DNA from: a virus
Taxonomy: Duplodnaviria > Caudoviricetes
DNA length: 37,760 nucleotides
Reading direction: 5' to 3' (one strand)
IMG/VR virus record: IMGVR_UViG_3300042901_000667
Location: 1-37,760 of that record
The notes under the pieces are model-generated. The model saw nothing but the letters and a program-made list of their open reading frames with translations, ran no database searches and had not been told where the DNA came from. The position numbers and the translations under genes are program-made. Shown piece after piece: positions 24,588-34,416 of this stretch (positions are counted from its first letter, which is position 1; every line of letters begins with the position of its first letter).

Positions 24588-25583
24588 TTAGCCAGCGTGG
24601 AAAACGCCTTGGAACTGAGCGCCCGAGCAGGTCAAGTTGCCAGCCCAGCCGATCAACTTGGTTACAGCGTCTTGGTTGACAGAGGTGCGGTCACCGCCGA
24701 TTGGCACGAAGTTGCGATCAGCGTGAGGACGGAAGTGCAAGAACTTTGTATTCATGAAGTACATGGTGTTGGCACTGATAGAGCCACCGATACCACCGTC
24801 AAGCACCACATCAGCGGCTTTACCCGTGCCCATGTATTTGAGCGAGGCGAAGCCAGCAGCAGCCATTTCTTCCGACGCTACGCGCTGGATAGCTTGCAGG
24901 CTTTCCAGGTACAGACGGTAATAGTTGTTGTCAGCCACGATCAAATCAGCCGAGTCAGTACCGCGAACCAGTTGGAGTGCCAAGCGGTTCATGTAAGACT
25001 GGATGTTTGCCGAGGTTGCAGCAGAGCCGCCGTTGGTCACAGCACCAAATGACGCATTGCGCCAGAAAGTCCAAGTGGCGCGGTTGATGTTGCCATAAGT
25101 GCCAGAGGTAGGCGCAACAGCGATAGCGGCCTGCAAACCTGTAATGTCCTTGCCACCGTTGCCAGTGCCGTTGGAATACAAACCAGCAGAAATGCGATCC
25201 ATCAAGTTAGCTTCTGCCACCATGATGCGGCCTTCAACCAGGTCAATCACGCGCTCTTTGCCCGCGTTCTGGAGCATTTCCAGACCAGACACCGACACCG
25301 CAGCAGCGTACTGCTTGATGTCGAACTGAGCAGCCGAGATTGGGCTGTTTGGGGTGATGTCGATCACATCGTAGCCGCTGTACGAGCCAGCGTTACGGGT
25401 TGTTGCATCGAGGTATGCCAATTCTTGCAGAATGACGTTACCGCCACTGAAAGTCTTGACGTTGCCGCGCTTTTTAAGGCGAAGCAGCAGAGCGGTGTTC
25501 TGGCTGACGTTATCGGCCAGTGAGCCGGTACGGGACTGGATACCCGCAGTGATGATGTCACTGATGTTGGCGAAGGTTGCCAT
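24588..25583 (-). CDS. Major capsid protein (HK97 fold)
   Basis: 331 aa after the scaffold; LADNVS.N.ALL..L, YSGYD, LYSNGTGNGGK.ITGL, WAGNLTCS. Confidence 0.9.
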   Translation of the reverse strand: MATFANISDIITAGIQSRTGSLADNVSQNTALLLRLKKRGNVKTFSGGNVILQELAYLDATTRNAGSYSGYDVIDITPNSPISAAQFDIKQYAAAVSVSGLEMLQNAGKERVIDLVEGRIMVAEANLMDRISAGLYSNGTGNGGKDITGLQAAIAVAPTSGTYGNINRATWTFWRNASFGAVTNGGSAATSANIQSYMNRLALQLVRGTDSADLIVADNNYYRLYLESLQAIQRVASEEMAAAGFASLKYMGTGKAADVVLDGGIGGSISANTMYFMNTKFLHFRPHADRNFVPIGGDRTSVNQDAVTKLIGWAGNLTCSGAQFQGVFHAG

Positions 25584-25602
25584 TGTTTAACTCCAAATAA
25601 AA

Positions 25603-26604
25603 TTAAGATTCCCAAGCGCTTTCTAGAGCTGCTCGGAGGTTGGTTGGTGCTGCGCCAGAGCCGGATGCAGGGGAGCTGCCACGTACCGACACCGATGCGG
25701 CTTTCGCACGGTTGGCAAGGGCTGCTGACTGCGCCTGCTTTAACGCTTCGCTCCTTTGCTGTTCAAGCAAGGTTTGCCGCGTTTGCGGGTTGGCGTACAC
25801 CGCTTTGTCGTAGGCGTCTTTTAAGTCTGTGGCGCGTCCCGCTTGTAAAAGCGCGGCCATATCTTCTCTGACTGCCTCAAAATGCTCTGCCGTTGCTGCA
25901 AACGCTTGCAATTCACTGTTGAGTGATTGGCGCTGCTGCTCTTGCTGAGACTGCTGGAAACTCTCTTGTTGCTGCTGTATTTGTTGCAGCCGCTGCTCAA
26001 GTTGAAACGTATAAAGGTCGGGCTGCGGAATCTGCGCGGCTTGTCCCATATCAATGCCGTACTGCTGGGCAAGCGAAGCAAAATACTGCGCACGCTGCGC
26101 CGGGTCTGGGTTGCGCAACATTGCATCAGCGCGGAGCAATGCGCCTACCGCTTGGTCTGGTGCAACGCCCAATTGCTGAATGGTCTGCATGTAGGGCTGG
26201 ATGGCTCGCTCCATGCTTCGGCCTAAGTCTGCGTGTTGCTTGAAGCCTTCAATGCCCTTGTGAAAATCCGTTTCCCGGCGCAACACTTCATCTTGAACGT
26301 GCGGGGGGAGCTTGTCGAATTCTGCTGCAGCTTCTTTCTTCCATGAGGAAGGTGGGCGCTTTGCCTCTGGTGCTGGCGTAATCTCTGCGGCTGGCGCTGC
26401 GGCTTTTTCTGCGGCTTGCTGTGCCAGTTCGGCGGCGGTAAAACGTCCCGATTCATCGCGTGCGCGTGCTGGCTTGTCTTCTACCGGCTCGACGGGTTCC
26501 GCTGGTTCCGACTGTTTATCAATTGCGGATTCCAGCACCGAGCGCAAGTCTTGCGGTTCATTGCTGGTGTCCAGGGTTGCCTGTTCACCTTGCTCTTCAA
26601 TCAT
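25603..26604 (-). CDS. Scaffolding protein
   Basis: RDESGRF, PPSSWKKE, Gln-rich coil and AYDKAV motifs; between portal and capsid. Confidence 0.85.
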   Translation of the reverse strand: MIEEQGEQATLDTSNEPQDLRSVLESAIDKQSEPAEPVEPVEDKPARARDESGRFTAAELAQQAAEKAAAPAAEITPAPEAKRPPSSWKKEAAAEFDKLPPHVQDEVLRRETDFHKGIEGFKQHADLGRSMERAIQPYMQTIQQLGVAPDQAVGALLRADAMLRNPDPAQRAQYFASLAQQYGIDMGQAAQIPQPDLYTFQLEQRLQQIQQQQESFQQSQQEQQRQSLNSELQAFAATAEHFEAVREDMAALLQAGRATDLKDAYDKAVYANPQTRQTLLEQQRSEALKQAQSAALANRAKAASVSVRGSSPASGSGAAPTNLRAALESAWES

Positions 26605-26623
26605 TTATTGCTCCAAATAGACG

Positions 26624-26650
26624 AAAAAAAAACCACCCGAGGGTGGCTTG
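26624..26650 (-). terminator. Intrinsic terminator
   Basis: GCCACCC-TC-GGGTGGT hairpin followed by a T-run on the minus strand. Confidence 0.75.
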
Positions 26651-26667
26651 CACTGCGACTGATCGAC

Positions 26668-26955
26668 TCAGCCCAAAACCCGCCTTACAGCCTCTTCTGC
26701 GGCTCTGCGAATGCCTGCGCGGTCTGGTTCACGCGGCTTGTTAACTTGCTTTTCGTTGCCAATTTCAATCAGGCCGTGCCGCTTCAAGTGGTCACGATGC
26801 TGTGAACGTGAACTAATCCATTCACCTGTCGCCATTGACTGATAGCCATGAATATCTGGCACGATGTACGCACCCTTGTTGATGCTTGGGCCGCGATATT
26901 CATCTTTGGGTATCAGTTCACCAGTGGTAGGGTCTTGAACCCATGTTTTTCTCAT
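26668..26955 (-). CDS. Conserved small head-region protein
   Basis: PDIHGYQSMATGEWISSRSQHRDHLKRHGLIEIGNE; overlaps the portal stop. Confidence 0.8.
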   Translation of the reverse strand: MRKTWVQDPTTGELIPKDEYRGPSINKGAYIVPDIHGYQSMATGEWISSRSQHRDHLKRHGLIEIGNEKQVNKPREPDRAGIRRAAEEAVRRVLG

Positions 26956-29066
26956 GCCACCGCCTCGTCGGATGCTTTGTCTTGTTGTGCGGTCATCACG
27001 GCATTGGCTGATATTTGCGCTACGTCGATCTTTGTTTGTGCATCAAGCACGGCTTTGAACTTGTCAAACATCAAGCCCATCGCCATCTCTTGCTGCTTTG
27101 CGGCCATCTCGCGGTCTTGCTTGGCGGCTTCGCGTTCACCTTCAAGGCGTGCGCGGAACTGCTCTAGCATCATTTCCTGATTCAATTCAGCCTGCATGCG
27201 GCGCTCATCGGCTTGCGCTTGCAGGGCTTCGCTTTGCTGTTGTGCCTGTAAACGCATTTGCTCGGTTTGTTGATCTGCCTGCAGCTTGGCTTGTGCCGCC
27301 TGTTGCTGGGCTTGAATCTTCAACATCTCGGGGTTAGGCTGCTCCGGCTTGGGCTGCTTGGCTTTTTCTGCCTGCTGTGCAATGAACTGTTCCAGGCTGG
27401 CCTCCATCGCCTCGCCTGATTTAAACGAGCGAACGCCAAACATAAGCATTTCACCTAAAAGCGGAGCCATTTCAGGCGGTGCTTGGATAGCCTCACGCAA
27501 GAACCCGCCCGCTGCTGTCAAGAACTCCATGCGGCTTGCTTTTTCGCCTGCCTCATCCAGTTCCACCATTGAATCAGTGGCTACTTCAATGCGAAAGGCG
27601 CGAAGCACATCGTTTTGCAGCAGTTGGATTGCTTGCGTCACGTACTCAGCGTCCTTCGTGCTTTCGATGCTGGACATTGCCACCAGTACCTCGGGACGGT
27701 ACAGGCTGCACATAATTTGCGCTTTCATGCGTAGCAAGTCAGAGGCAAACCGTGCAACGTCCGACTGCAGCGTTTTTAAGCGTAGGGAAGCAAACTGACT
27801 CTTAATCTGTTGCGCCGTAGCAGTTTCAGAGGCTACCGATGCGCCTCGAATAATGTCCGATAGCCCGGTAATCTCATAAATAATCTGTTTGACCTGATCG
27901 CGTGCTGTGTACAAACCAGCTAAAGCAGTCAACACCATATCAATCGGCATGAAGTCAACTGCGCCCTTAAGTCCACCTTTTTCGGCAAACATTGCCCAAG
28001 TCGAAACCGGGATAAGCTGGTTATCCACGCCCTCATTCAGCATGCGCTGGATTTTCTCGTGGCTTGCGTCATATACGCCCACTACCTTAACGGCTTTTAC
28101 CAGCATCGCAATGCGTGCGGTCAGCTCGTCCATTTCCTTGGCCTGATCCTGGTACTGTTTGAAGTCAGGCACCGGCACCAGCGTGTCACTGGTCAGCGTC
28201 GCATAAAGCGGTTTGGGGCATGGGAAAAAGCCTTCCAGCTCTAGCGGGTCATCCCGCACGTCCAGAATCTCCTGGAAGCCTTCAGCGTGCCAATAAACCT
28301 TTTTCTCAGACTTGCACCAAATCTCCCAAACCTTCGCCTTCTTCATGCGATCAATCTGGTCAGCGGCCATGCCGTCAGACTTCATTTGATCAATGCCAAT
28401 AGGCTCGTGAGCTAAGGGCGCGTCTTTGAATATGTCTTTAAAGCGCTTAATACCCTCATCCTTGCCCATATAGACAAGGCGCGCAACCCACGTCACTTCT
28501 TCCCATGTGCGTGCTGGCGAATGACGAAAATCTTCCCAATACACATAATCACAAGGGCTGCACTCGTAAGCGCCCATACTTTCAGATGCGCTGTCGTCTG
28601 TGATCTGTTCCGGGCTTTGGGCAGCTTCGGGCTGTTCTGGTGTATCGGCAGGCTCAAACCTTACCCAAGTCGTGCCGCGCCCGGGCAACAGGCGGTCAAG
28701 CACACAGTTTTTGATTGTGCTGTCATAGTCTGAGTAATGGTCAATCTCAAACTGTAAAGCACGCTCTAATATTTGCGAGGCGCAACGTCCAATAGGGTCA
28801 GCATCTTTGAATCTACGCTGCACTTGTGCTTTCGGCTTTTTGGCATAAACGGCAGGCATCAACGTCTGCACATTTGACCAAAGGATGTTGTATTTACGCG
28901 AGTTGTCATCAACCCCGCGCTTGTCACGATAACGCTCAACGATCTTGCGGCCAGCTTTGATAAAGTCTTTATCGGCGTTCTTGGCCTGATCTAAATCAGC
29001 CGCCCACCGACGCGCCAAACCAGCGCGGTCTTTTTCGTCTACGCCGCTGTCATCTAATTCGATCAT
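26952..29066 (-). CDS. Portal protein (podovirus/P22-like)
   Basis: 704 aa; NILWSNVQTL, YEITGLSDIIRG...ETATAQQIK, and a C-terminal Gln-rich barrel coil. Confidence 0.92.
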   Translation of the reverse strand: MIELDDSGVDEKDRAGLARRWAADLDQAKNADKDFIKAGRKIVERYRDKRGVDDNSRKYNILWSNVQTLMPAVYAKKPKAQVQRRFKDADPIGRCASQILERALQFEIDHYSDYDSTIKNCVLDRLLPGRGTTWVRFEPADTPEQPEAAQSPEQITDDSASESMGAYECSPCDYVYWEDFRHSPARTWEEVTWVARLVYMGKDEGIKRFKDIFKDAPLAHEPIGIDQMKSDGMAADQIDRMKKAKVWEIWCKSEKKVYWHAEGFQEILDVRDDPLELEGFFPCPKPLYATLTSDTLVPVPDFKQYQDQAKEMDELTARIAMLVKAVKVVGVYDASHEKIQRMLNEGVDNQLIPVSTWAMFAEKGGLKGAVDFMPIDMVLTALAGLYTARDQVKQIIYEITGLSDIIRGASVASETATAQQIKSQFASLRLKTLQSDVARFASDLLRMKAQIMCSLYRPEVLVAMSSIESTKDAEYVTQAIQLLQNDVLRAFRIEVATDSMVELDEAGEKASRMEFLTAAGGFLREAIQAPPEMAPLLGEMLMFGVRSFKSGEAMEASLEQFIAQQAEKAKQPKPEQPNPEMLKIQAQQQAAQAKLQADQQTEQMRLQAQQQSEALQAQADERRMQAELNQEMMLEQFRARLEGEREAAKQDREMAAKQQEMAMGLMFDKFKAVLDAQTKIDVAQISANAVMTAQQDKASDEAVA

Positions 29067-29527
29067 TGTTTATCTTTTAGATTAATAATTCTGGCTCTGG
29101 CAAATGACCGCACCACGAGTGGGTAGGTAAGCAATTTTTCCGGCGTAACCCGCGCCGTTGGGTTGCTGCCCGTCATTGCCAGCCAGCACCACTCGAAGCA
29201 ATACATCCAATCGTCACGGCCAGCACGTAGGCCCACGAACGCCAATAAGCCTATCCAATCGTATTGCGCACCTTCGTGCTTTTTAAACAGGGCCAGCGCG
29301 GTCGCGTCGTCGCCCTGCACGTCAAGCAATACCCAATTGGTTGGTGTCCATGACCCGCGTGGTACTTTATGCAGCCCGTGCAGGCTGTTGGCTTGGTACA
29401 AATCGCCATCAATAACGATGCCGCCATGACAAAAGTCACTGACGAGCCGGGCTTTGATGACCCGCGAAAAAAGTCGGCCCAGCAGGTTAGCGTTAGAGGG
29501 AGGGTCTCTGCGTAAAGCCAAAATCAT
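29063..29527 (-). CDS. Permuted papain-like (NlpC/P60, YaeF/YiiX-type) amidase
   Basis: His before Cys: CHGGIV...G.QYDW...YCFEW...TPEKL. Confidence 0.75.
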   Translation of the reverse strand: MILALRRDPPSNANLLGRLFSRVIKARLVSDFCHGGIVIDGDLYQANSLHGLHKVPRGSWTPTNWVLLDVQGDDATALALFKKHEGAQYDWIGLLAFVGLRAGRDDWMYCFEWCWLAMTGSNPTARVTPEKLLTYPLVVRSFARARIINLKDKQ

Positions 29528-29910
29528 AGCTCGGTGCTTTCAGGCTCTGGCAAATACCCAGCCGCTACCGGGTCAGCCACATCGACAAGTTGCAGCTTCA
29601 TGTTTGGCATTGCCGCCACCAGCGGCGCGTGTAGCAGAATTCCTGTCAGCGGTCCCGGCTCCAACATTTGATCTGCGATCTTGCGACCATCGTCCCCGAT
29701 TTGCGCGTAGATGCTGTTGTAGTCCATCCACCACAGCCCAGCCGTGGCGGTGTGTTCGTGCCAAATGCTCATGTCAAATGGCTGCGTGGTGTATTCAGGG
29801 TCATCGGCAAGCCATTGCAGGCGTGACCATGTGTTGATCTGGTTTACCATCAACTGCTTAAGTTGCTCGGCTGGTGGGTTCAGCGGACAAAGAAACTGTA
29901 GGATTTTCAT
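29524..29910 (-). CDS. Hypothetical protein, possible partner of the upstream fibre-like protein
   Basis: 128-aa ORF; AAGGA RBS. Confidence 0.7.
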   Translation of the reverse strand: MKILQFLCPLNPPAEQLKQLMVNQINTWSRLQWLADDPEYTTQPFDMSIWHEHTATAGLWWMDYNSIYAQIGDDGRKIADQMLEPGPLTGILLHAPLVAAMPNMKLQLVDVADPVAAGYLPEPESTEL

Positions 29911-29918
29911 GATTTTCC

Positions 29919-31652
29919 TTACGCGACGGTGATGCCGTAGTAAGCGCCCTGATTGCGCTCAAGTGTTTGGCGGTCGGCGGTGGAGAGGACGGAGGGGAAG
30001 GCTATGATTTCTGATACAGTGCCGTCAAATGGGAACAATGATCCAGCTCCATTCAACGAACCTATCGCGCTATTGACCCCCGTAAGGACGCTCGTAATTG
30101 TTGCGCTATCCCATTCCGCGCCGTTCTTAAACAATTTCCACTGCTCACTTCCGGCGGTTGATATAGATGTGATTAAAGTGGGTGTATTTGAAATAGCAAC
30201 TTCTAAGGCGAGACCACCGCTTCCTCCGCCTCCCGTCGCTGAAGCGTTGAATACGTTTAAAAACCCAGCCGACGCAGCTCCACTTGAAATTTGGTTTACA
30301 AGAATTGTAAAACGGCCAGTTGCGTTAGCAAACCACTGCCCAAACAAAGACCCGGTTACATTTTCAATCGTCGGTGTGAATAGAGCAAACAAACTGTGCG
30401 TTGTGCCAATAAGCGGAGAAGCGGCAGCTAAATAATCATCCACGCCATCAAACCTGATTTCCGGCTTTCCGTTAAGAGCCTCCAACGCGCCACTATTTAC
30501 AATGCGCGGCTGCGATCCTGCCGTGGTCTGCGTGGCATTGCGATTATTGCCTGATTGGTCGTACAAAGTGGTAACAAAGCCGTTGCCAGCTCTAGCTGTA
30601 GCTACTGTTTGTTGGTAAGGTTGCAACGTACCTAAATTGATTTGTGCACCCCATTGATACCGATTCTGCCCTGCTGTTCTAGCTGTAACACCGTTGCTGT
30701 TTTCATTAGAAAGTTGAATGGTCAAAGATGTACTTGGTATTTGCCCAGTAACCCAACCCCTGTACCACCCGTTTCCAATATTCTCAATACCTGCACCAAT
30801 ATGCACGCCTGTACCTATTTGGTCGGATACACCAAGCTGCCCTGTATTAGGGTTAAACCATGCACGGAACTGATTAGTAGGTACGAGTGGGTCAAAGACA
30901 GAAATCCTAACCCATTCGCCAACAAGCCCTAATTTAAAGCAACAACTAGCCGTTACAGTTTGCCCCGATATTGGTGTTGTGAATGCCTGCCGTAAAGTAC
31001 TCGCCCCTACTACTTGAACTAAATCAGCAGTTGTTGTTCCATCGGGTGAGGTGATAAGGTTAGGGGTTACTGCATCCCCAAACGTCCAAACTACGTTATC
31101 AGCCTGCTCCGAATAGGTCAATAAGTTCTGATACCCCACATGGTTCATCAAAGCAGCGGTATTCAGATCACCGCTGGCGGTAAAGCCAATATCGGTCTCG
31201 GCGTTGTCGCTCGAGCGGCGAACGCGCATGCAGTTAGTCGCGGAGCTCTTTAGCTGGTGCGTGCTGTATGCAGCAGCCGCACTTACGCCTAGTGCTTCTA
31301 AAATATCTAAAATATACGACACCTGCACAGCCACCGCGCCATTAGCAGCGAATGGCAGGCCGTTGGAATAGCTGACTGCCGCGCCTGTAGATATACACAA
31401 TGCACCGTTAGACAATGGTAAACCGTTGCAATATTGCGTGCCAGTTGGCAACCCTGCTGTTGCGTCTACGCAAATCACTTGTCCGTCATTGCTCAATAGA
31501 AGCCCGTTAGAGTACTGAGCGCCGCCAGTCGTAGCCGCGCGGCATAGCGTGTTCAAGCTGTTGATGCGCAAGCCTTGGACGTAGTTATCCCCTGCATCGA
31601 TGGCAACAGTGGTTAGCTGCACTTTGTCGGATGCTATTGGGAAGAGACTCAT
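29919..31652 (-). CDS. Virion fibre/spike-like protein: LamG/arabinofuranosidase-B-like domain with an inserted CBM-like domain
   Basis: AYS..QL....MRVRRSSDNAETDIGF...VTTLYDQSGN.RNATQ...FDGVDD...GTVSEII; insert NLLTYSEQ...NGWYR...WGAQ. Confidence 0.75.
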   Translation of the reverse strand: MSLFPIASDKVQLTTVAIDAGDNYVQGLRINSLNTLCRAATTGGAQYSNGLLLSNDGQVICVDATAGLPTGTQYCNGLPLSNGALCISTGAAVSYSNGLPFAANGAVAVQVSYILDILEALGVSAAAAYSTHQLKSSATNCMRVRRSSDNAETDIGFTASGDLNTAALMNHVGYQNLLTYSEQADNVVWTFGDAVTPNLITSPDGTTTADLVQVVGASTLRQAFTTPISGQTVTASCCFKLGLVGEWVRISVFDPLVPTNQFRAWFNPNTGQLGVSDQIGTGVHIGAGIENIGNGWYRGWVTGQIPSTSLTIQLSNENSNGVTARTAGQNRYQWGAQINLGTLQPYQQTVATARAGNGFVTTLYDQSGNNRNATQTTAGSQPRIVNSGALEALNGKPEIRFDGVDDYLAAASPLIGTTHSLFALFTPTIENVTGSLFGQWFANATGRFTILVNQISSGAASAGFLNVFNASATGGGGSGGLALEVAISNTPTLITSISTAGSEQWKLFKNGAEWDSATITSVLTGVNSAIGSLNGAGSLFPFDGTVSEIIAFPSVLSTADRQTLERNQGAYYGITVA

Positions 31653-31903
31653 TCTTGATGTATTTCAATTGATGATGTGCCGCGCCACGTCCCGTAGTCG
31701 TCAGTCACACTAATAATTTTGCTTGGGATAAATGCGTAATCGCCAACTAGCATAGGGATGCGATTGCCGTAGGCTCTTGCAAGATAGCGGCGTGGCCAAT
31801 CGTATGAGCGGCATGGCTGATACTGTGTTTTGCATTCAATAGTAGCAAATTCCGCCAATATCTGAGTTTTTGCTCTGTGCTTAATGCTTTCTGAGTCAAT
31901 CAT
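31649..31903 (-). CDS. Hypothetical protein
   Basis: 84-aa ORF with an ATGA overlap. Confidence 0.55.
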   Translation of the reverse strand: MIDSESIKHRAKTQILAEFATIECKTQYQPCRSYDWPRRYLARAYGNRIPMLVGDYAFIPSKIISVTDDYGTWRGTSSIEIHQE

Positions 31904-31934
31904 TTATGGTTTTTACGTTGTATTTGTGCCGCAA

Positions 31935-32216
31935 TTAGGTGTAGCTCATTTGTTTGCGTGCTTCTAACTTAATAGCGTCGGGGTCTGTCATCTCTCGCGG
32001 GATGACAATAGCTTTCCCGGTGTCGTACATAACTAAATCAACATTGCCAGGCAAACCCAAAGATCGCTTGCGCTTTACTTCTTCAACGACGACATTTAAA
32101 TTTAAAACGCCGTTAAAAACATCAACCCCGTCACGGGAAATAGCCATCCTCGGCATGCCATCAGAGTCAATAAAATGGCGCTTAACATCATTGGATTCAA
32201 TTTGAAATGGTTGCAT
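31935..32216 (-). CDS. Hypothetical protein
   Basis: 93-aa ORF; AAGGA RBS inside the TerL 3' end. Confidence 0.65.
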   Translation of the reverse strand: MQPFQIESNDVKRHFIDSDGMPRMAISRDGVDVFNGVLNLNVVVEEVKRKRSLGLPGNVDLVMYDTGKAIVIPREMTDPDAIKLEARKQMSYT

Positions 32217-32219
32217 TTT

Positions 32220-33620
32220 TTAAATCCTTTCGTCTTTGGTTTTGGCCGTAGCCCACAATTCATCGAGTGTCGCGGTCCGTATCGTGCCATCAGGCTGCCC
32301 CTTAGCTGCCCAGCGTGCTTCTGGCACTTCTTCTTTAGGTCTTGCCTCCTGCCATGCAAGAGCCATATATCTAGCCGCATCCGCAGCGTGGCTTGTCCAA
32401 TCATGGAGCGGCCTGTCTCTAAACACCTTTTTATCACTATCCCACTCGCGCCGGTAAAGCTTCATGGCCTCAATGCCGTCTTTGCACTTTTCAGCGTCAA
32501 ACCACATGCGTGGGAGCGACATCCTCACGGCTTGTATGCCGTCCTGCAGGCTCAGATCAGGAACAATTCGACTAGCATACCCAAGTCTAAAAAACTGTTC
32601 TTGTGTACTTTTCCCGCCACTTGCAAAGGTTTTTGCCCTTGCGTCATGCGGTAGCCATAAGAAAGGCTTATCACCTAGCCTGGCGTATTGATAGTTAATG
32701 CGGTGCGTTTTGCGCTTTTTTTCTTTGGCGGGCTCAGGATCATCCATGTCGATCCCATTTAGCACGTCAACGTAATGTTCAACGCCTTTTAAATTTGTCG
32801 CATAAAAGTCGATTACATGAATCTCGCCCCGCGTGACCTGATAAAACCAAATAGCCGTATCGTCTGAATACCCTATGTCCCACGCGGTAAACACCGGCAA
32901 TTCAGGGTCGTATGGCACATCGGTAATTTGTGCCTCGACAATGTCTTTAGCGTAGTAAGCGCCCGCAATGGCTGCTTCAAACGAACATTCAAACTCTTGG
33001 GCGTACTGGTCGTCAGTCATGCCCCTGGCCGCGTCTACCAGCTCATCAGCATCAATTAAACCGCTATGACTAGCCTTCAGCATCAATGCAAACCAGTCAT
33101 CGGACTGTTTGGCGTACAGCCAGGACTTATAAAAGTCGTTATGACCTTTTGGCGTACCAATAAAAACTGCCCAGCCTTTACGGTCTGCCAGCATCGGCCT
33201 AACAACTTCGCCCCACACGCTAGACCGCATATCTGCGAACTCATCAAGAACAACGCCGTCAAGGTACAAACCCCGCAGCCTGTCCGGGTTATCAGCACCA
33301 TACAAACGTATGCGTGCGCCGTTGGGTAAGTCGGCTCTTAACTCTGATTCGTTGTACTGAATGTTTGGTATGTCAGCCGTTAGCCGCTTAATATAAAGCC
33401 AAGCAACGTCTTTGGCCTGATTGAACTGTGGGCAGACATACGCATAACGACCATCTGGTTTTGTACAAAATAGCGCACTTAATACCAGCTCTGCAACACA
33501 CGCAACCGTTTTGCCTGCGCGCCGATGGCAGACCAGCACCGCCCACCGCTCAAAACGGTTGTGGAAGTCTATAAACGGTTGCCGTGGTGCGTAGCTGTTT
33601 ATGCCAACATTAGCCGCCAT
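32220..33620 (-). CDS. terL: Terminase large subunit
   Basis: Walker A HRRAGKT, Walker B VVLDEFAD, IGTPKG, QEFECSF; nuclease motifs AWDIGYSDDT, PHD and SHAADA. Confidence 0.97.
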   Translation of the reverse strand: MAANVGINSYAPRQPFIDFHNRFERWAVLVCHRRAGKTVACVAELVLSALFCTKPDGRYAYVCPQFNQAKDVAWLYIKRLTADIPNIQYNESELRADLPNGARIRLYGADNPDRLRGLYLDGVVLDEFADMRSSVWGEVVRPMLADRKGWAVFIGTPKGHNDFYKSWLYAKQSDDWFALMLKASHSGLIDADELVDAARGMTDDQYAQEFECSFEAAIAGAYYAKDIVEAQITDVPYDPELPVFTAWDIGYSDDTAIWFYQVTRGEIHVIDFYATNLKGVEHYVDVLNGIDMDDPEPAKEKKRKTHRINYQYARLGDKPFLWLPHDARAKTFASGGKSTQEQFFRLGYASRIVPDLSLQDGIQAVRMSLPRMWFDAEKCKDGIEAMKLYRREWDSDKKVFRDRPLHDWTSHAADAARYMALAWQEARPKEEVPEARWAAKGQPDGTIRTATLDELWATAKTKDERI

Positions 33621-33957
33621 TGCGGATTTGAATTGTTGGCTGCAACCATGAAAGCCCGGTTACTTCAAACTTTAAAGCGTTGCCATCTGCGCCAGTGATC
33701 GGCTGCTCTGCCTTGCCCCAGCCTCTATCTATAAGAGCATTGGCCGCGCTTACCTGCGCATTGGGCGAGCCTGTAGCCATGACCCTGGCCAAAGTTTCCA
33801 CGGCTTTGTCTGTGTACTGCCGCGCCAGCTCTCGAACGTGTTTAACGTCCTCTGGCAGCTTTGGCCGTCCTGACGGGTTACCACTGACCCCTTTCGGGAA
33901 TGGTTTGCCTGACGGCTGTTTTCGGCTGTTACCAGCGGACGACTTGGGGTTTCCCAT
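33610..33957 (-). CDS. terS: Terminase small subunit (DUF5681-like)
   Basis: FPKGVSGNPSGRPK...LIDRGWGK; immediately upstream of TerL. Confidence 0.85.
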   Translation of the reverse strand: MGNPKSSAGNSRKQPSGKPFPKGVSGNPSGRPKLPEDVKHVRELARQYTDKAVETLARVMATGSPNAQVSAANALIDRGWGKAEQPITGADGNALKFEVTGLSWLQPTIQIRNGG

Positions 33958-33966
33958 ATCGCCTCA

Positions 33967-34416
33967 CTATGTTGATGGTCGGCCTGTGCGCCTTCGCGTT
34001 TTCCGCCCTTTTGGCGTTCCAATGAACACCGCCCAGCCTTTGCGGTCAGCCAGCATCCGCCGGATTACCCAACCCCACTCACTAGAACGCATATCTGCGA
34101 ACTCGTCCAAGATGACGCCATCAAGGTCCAAGCCGCGCAAACAATCAGGGTTATCATCGCCGTAAAGCCTGATGCGTGCGCCATTAGGCAAGTCTGCCCG
34201 TAGCTCGCTATCGCTGTACCGAATGTTTGGTATGTCAGCAGTGAGCCGCTGTATGTTCATCCAAGCGACGCGTTTGGCCGGGAGGAACTGCGGGCACACG
34301 TACGCATAACGGCCATCTGGCTTTGTGCAAAACAACGCACTGCGCACCAGCCCGGCAAGTGCGTAGCTGTTGATCCCAACTTTACTGCTCTCAGCGAACG
34401 ACTTGGGGTTGCCCAT
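33967..34416 (-). CDS. Mosaic mini-terminase: TerS start fused to a Walker-A-deleted TerL ATPase fragment
   Basis: 98/118 aa identical to TerL 42-159 by manual alignment; 36/39-bp copy of the terS RBS/start. Confidence 0.85.
   Translation of the reverse strand: MGNPKSFAESSKVGINSYALAGLVRSALFCTKPDGRYAYVCPQFLPAKRVAWMNIQRLTADIPNIRYSDSELRADLPNGARIRLYGDDNPDCLRGLDLDGVILDEFADMRSSEWGWVIRRMLADRKGWAVFIGTPKGRKTRRRTGRPST

Noticed and set aside
33150-34416. terL/mini-terL (and the origin 264-bp units) as a DGR template/variable repeat pair
   Set aside because: No reverse transcriptase is present, and differences are mostly third-position changes of all base types rather than adenine-specific.
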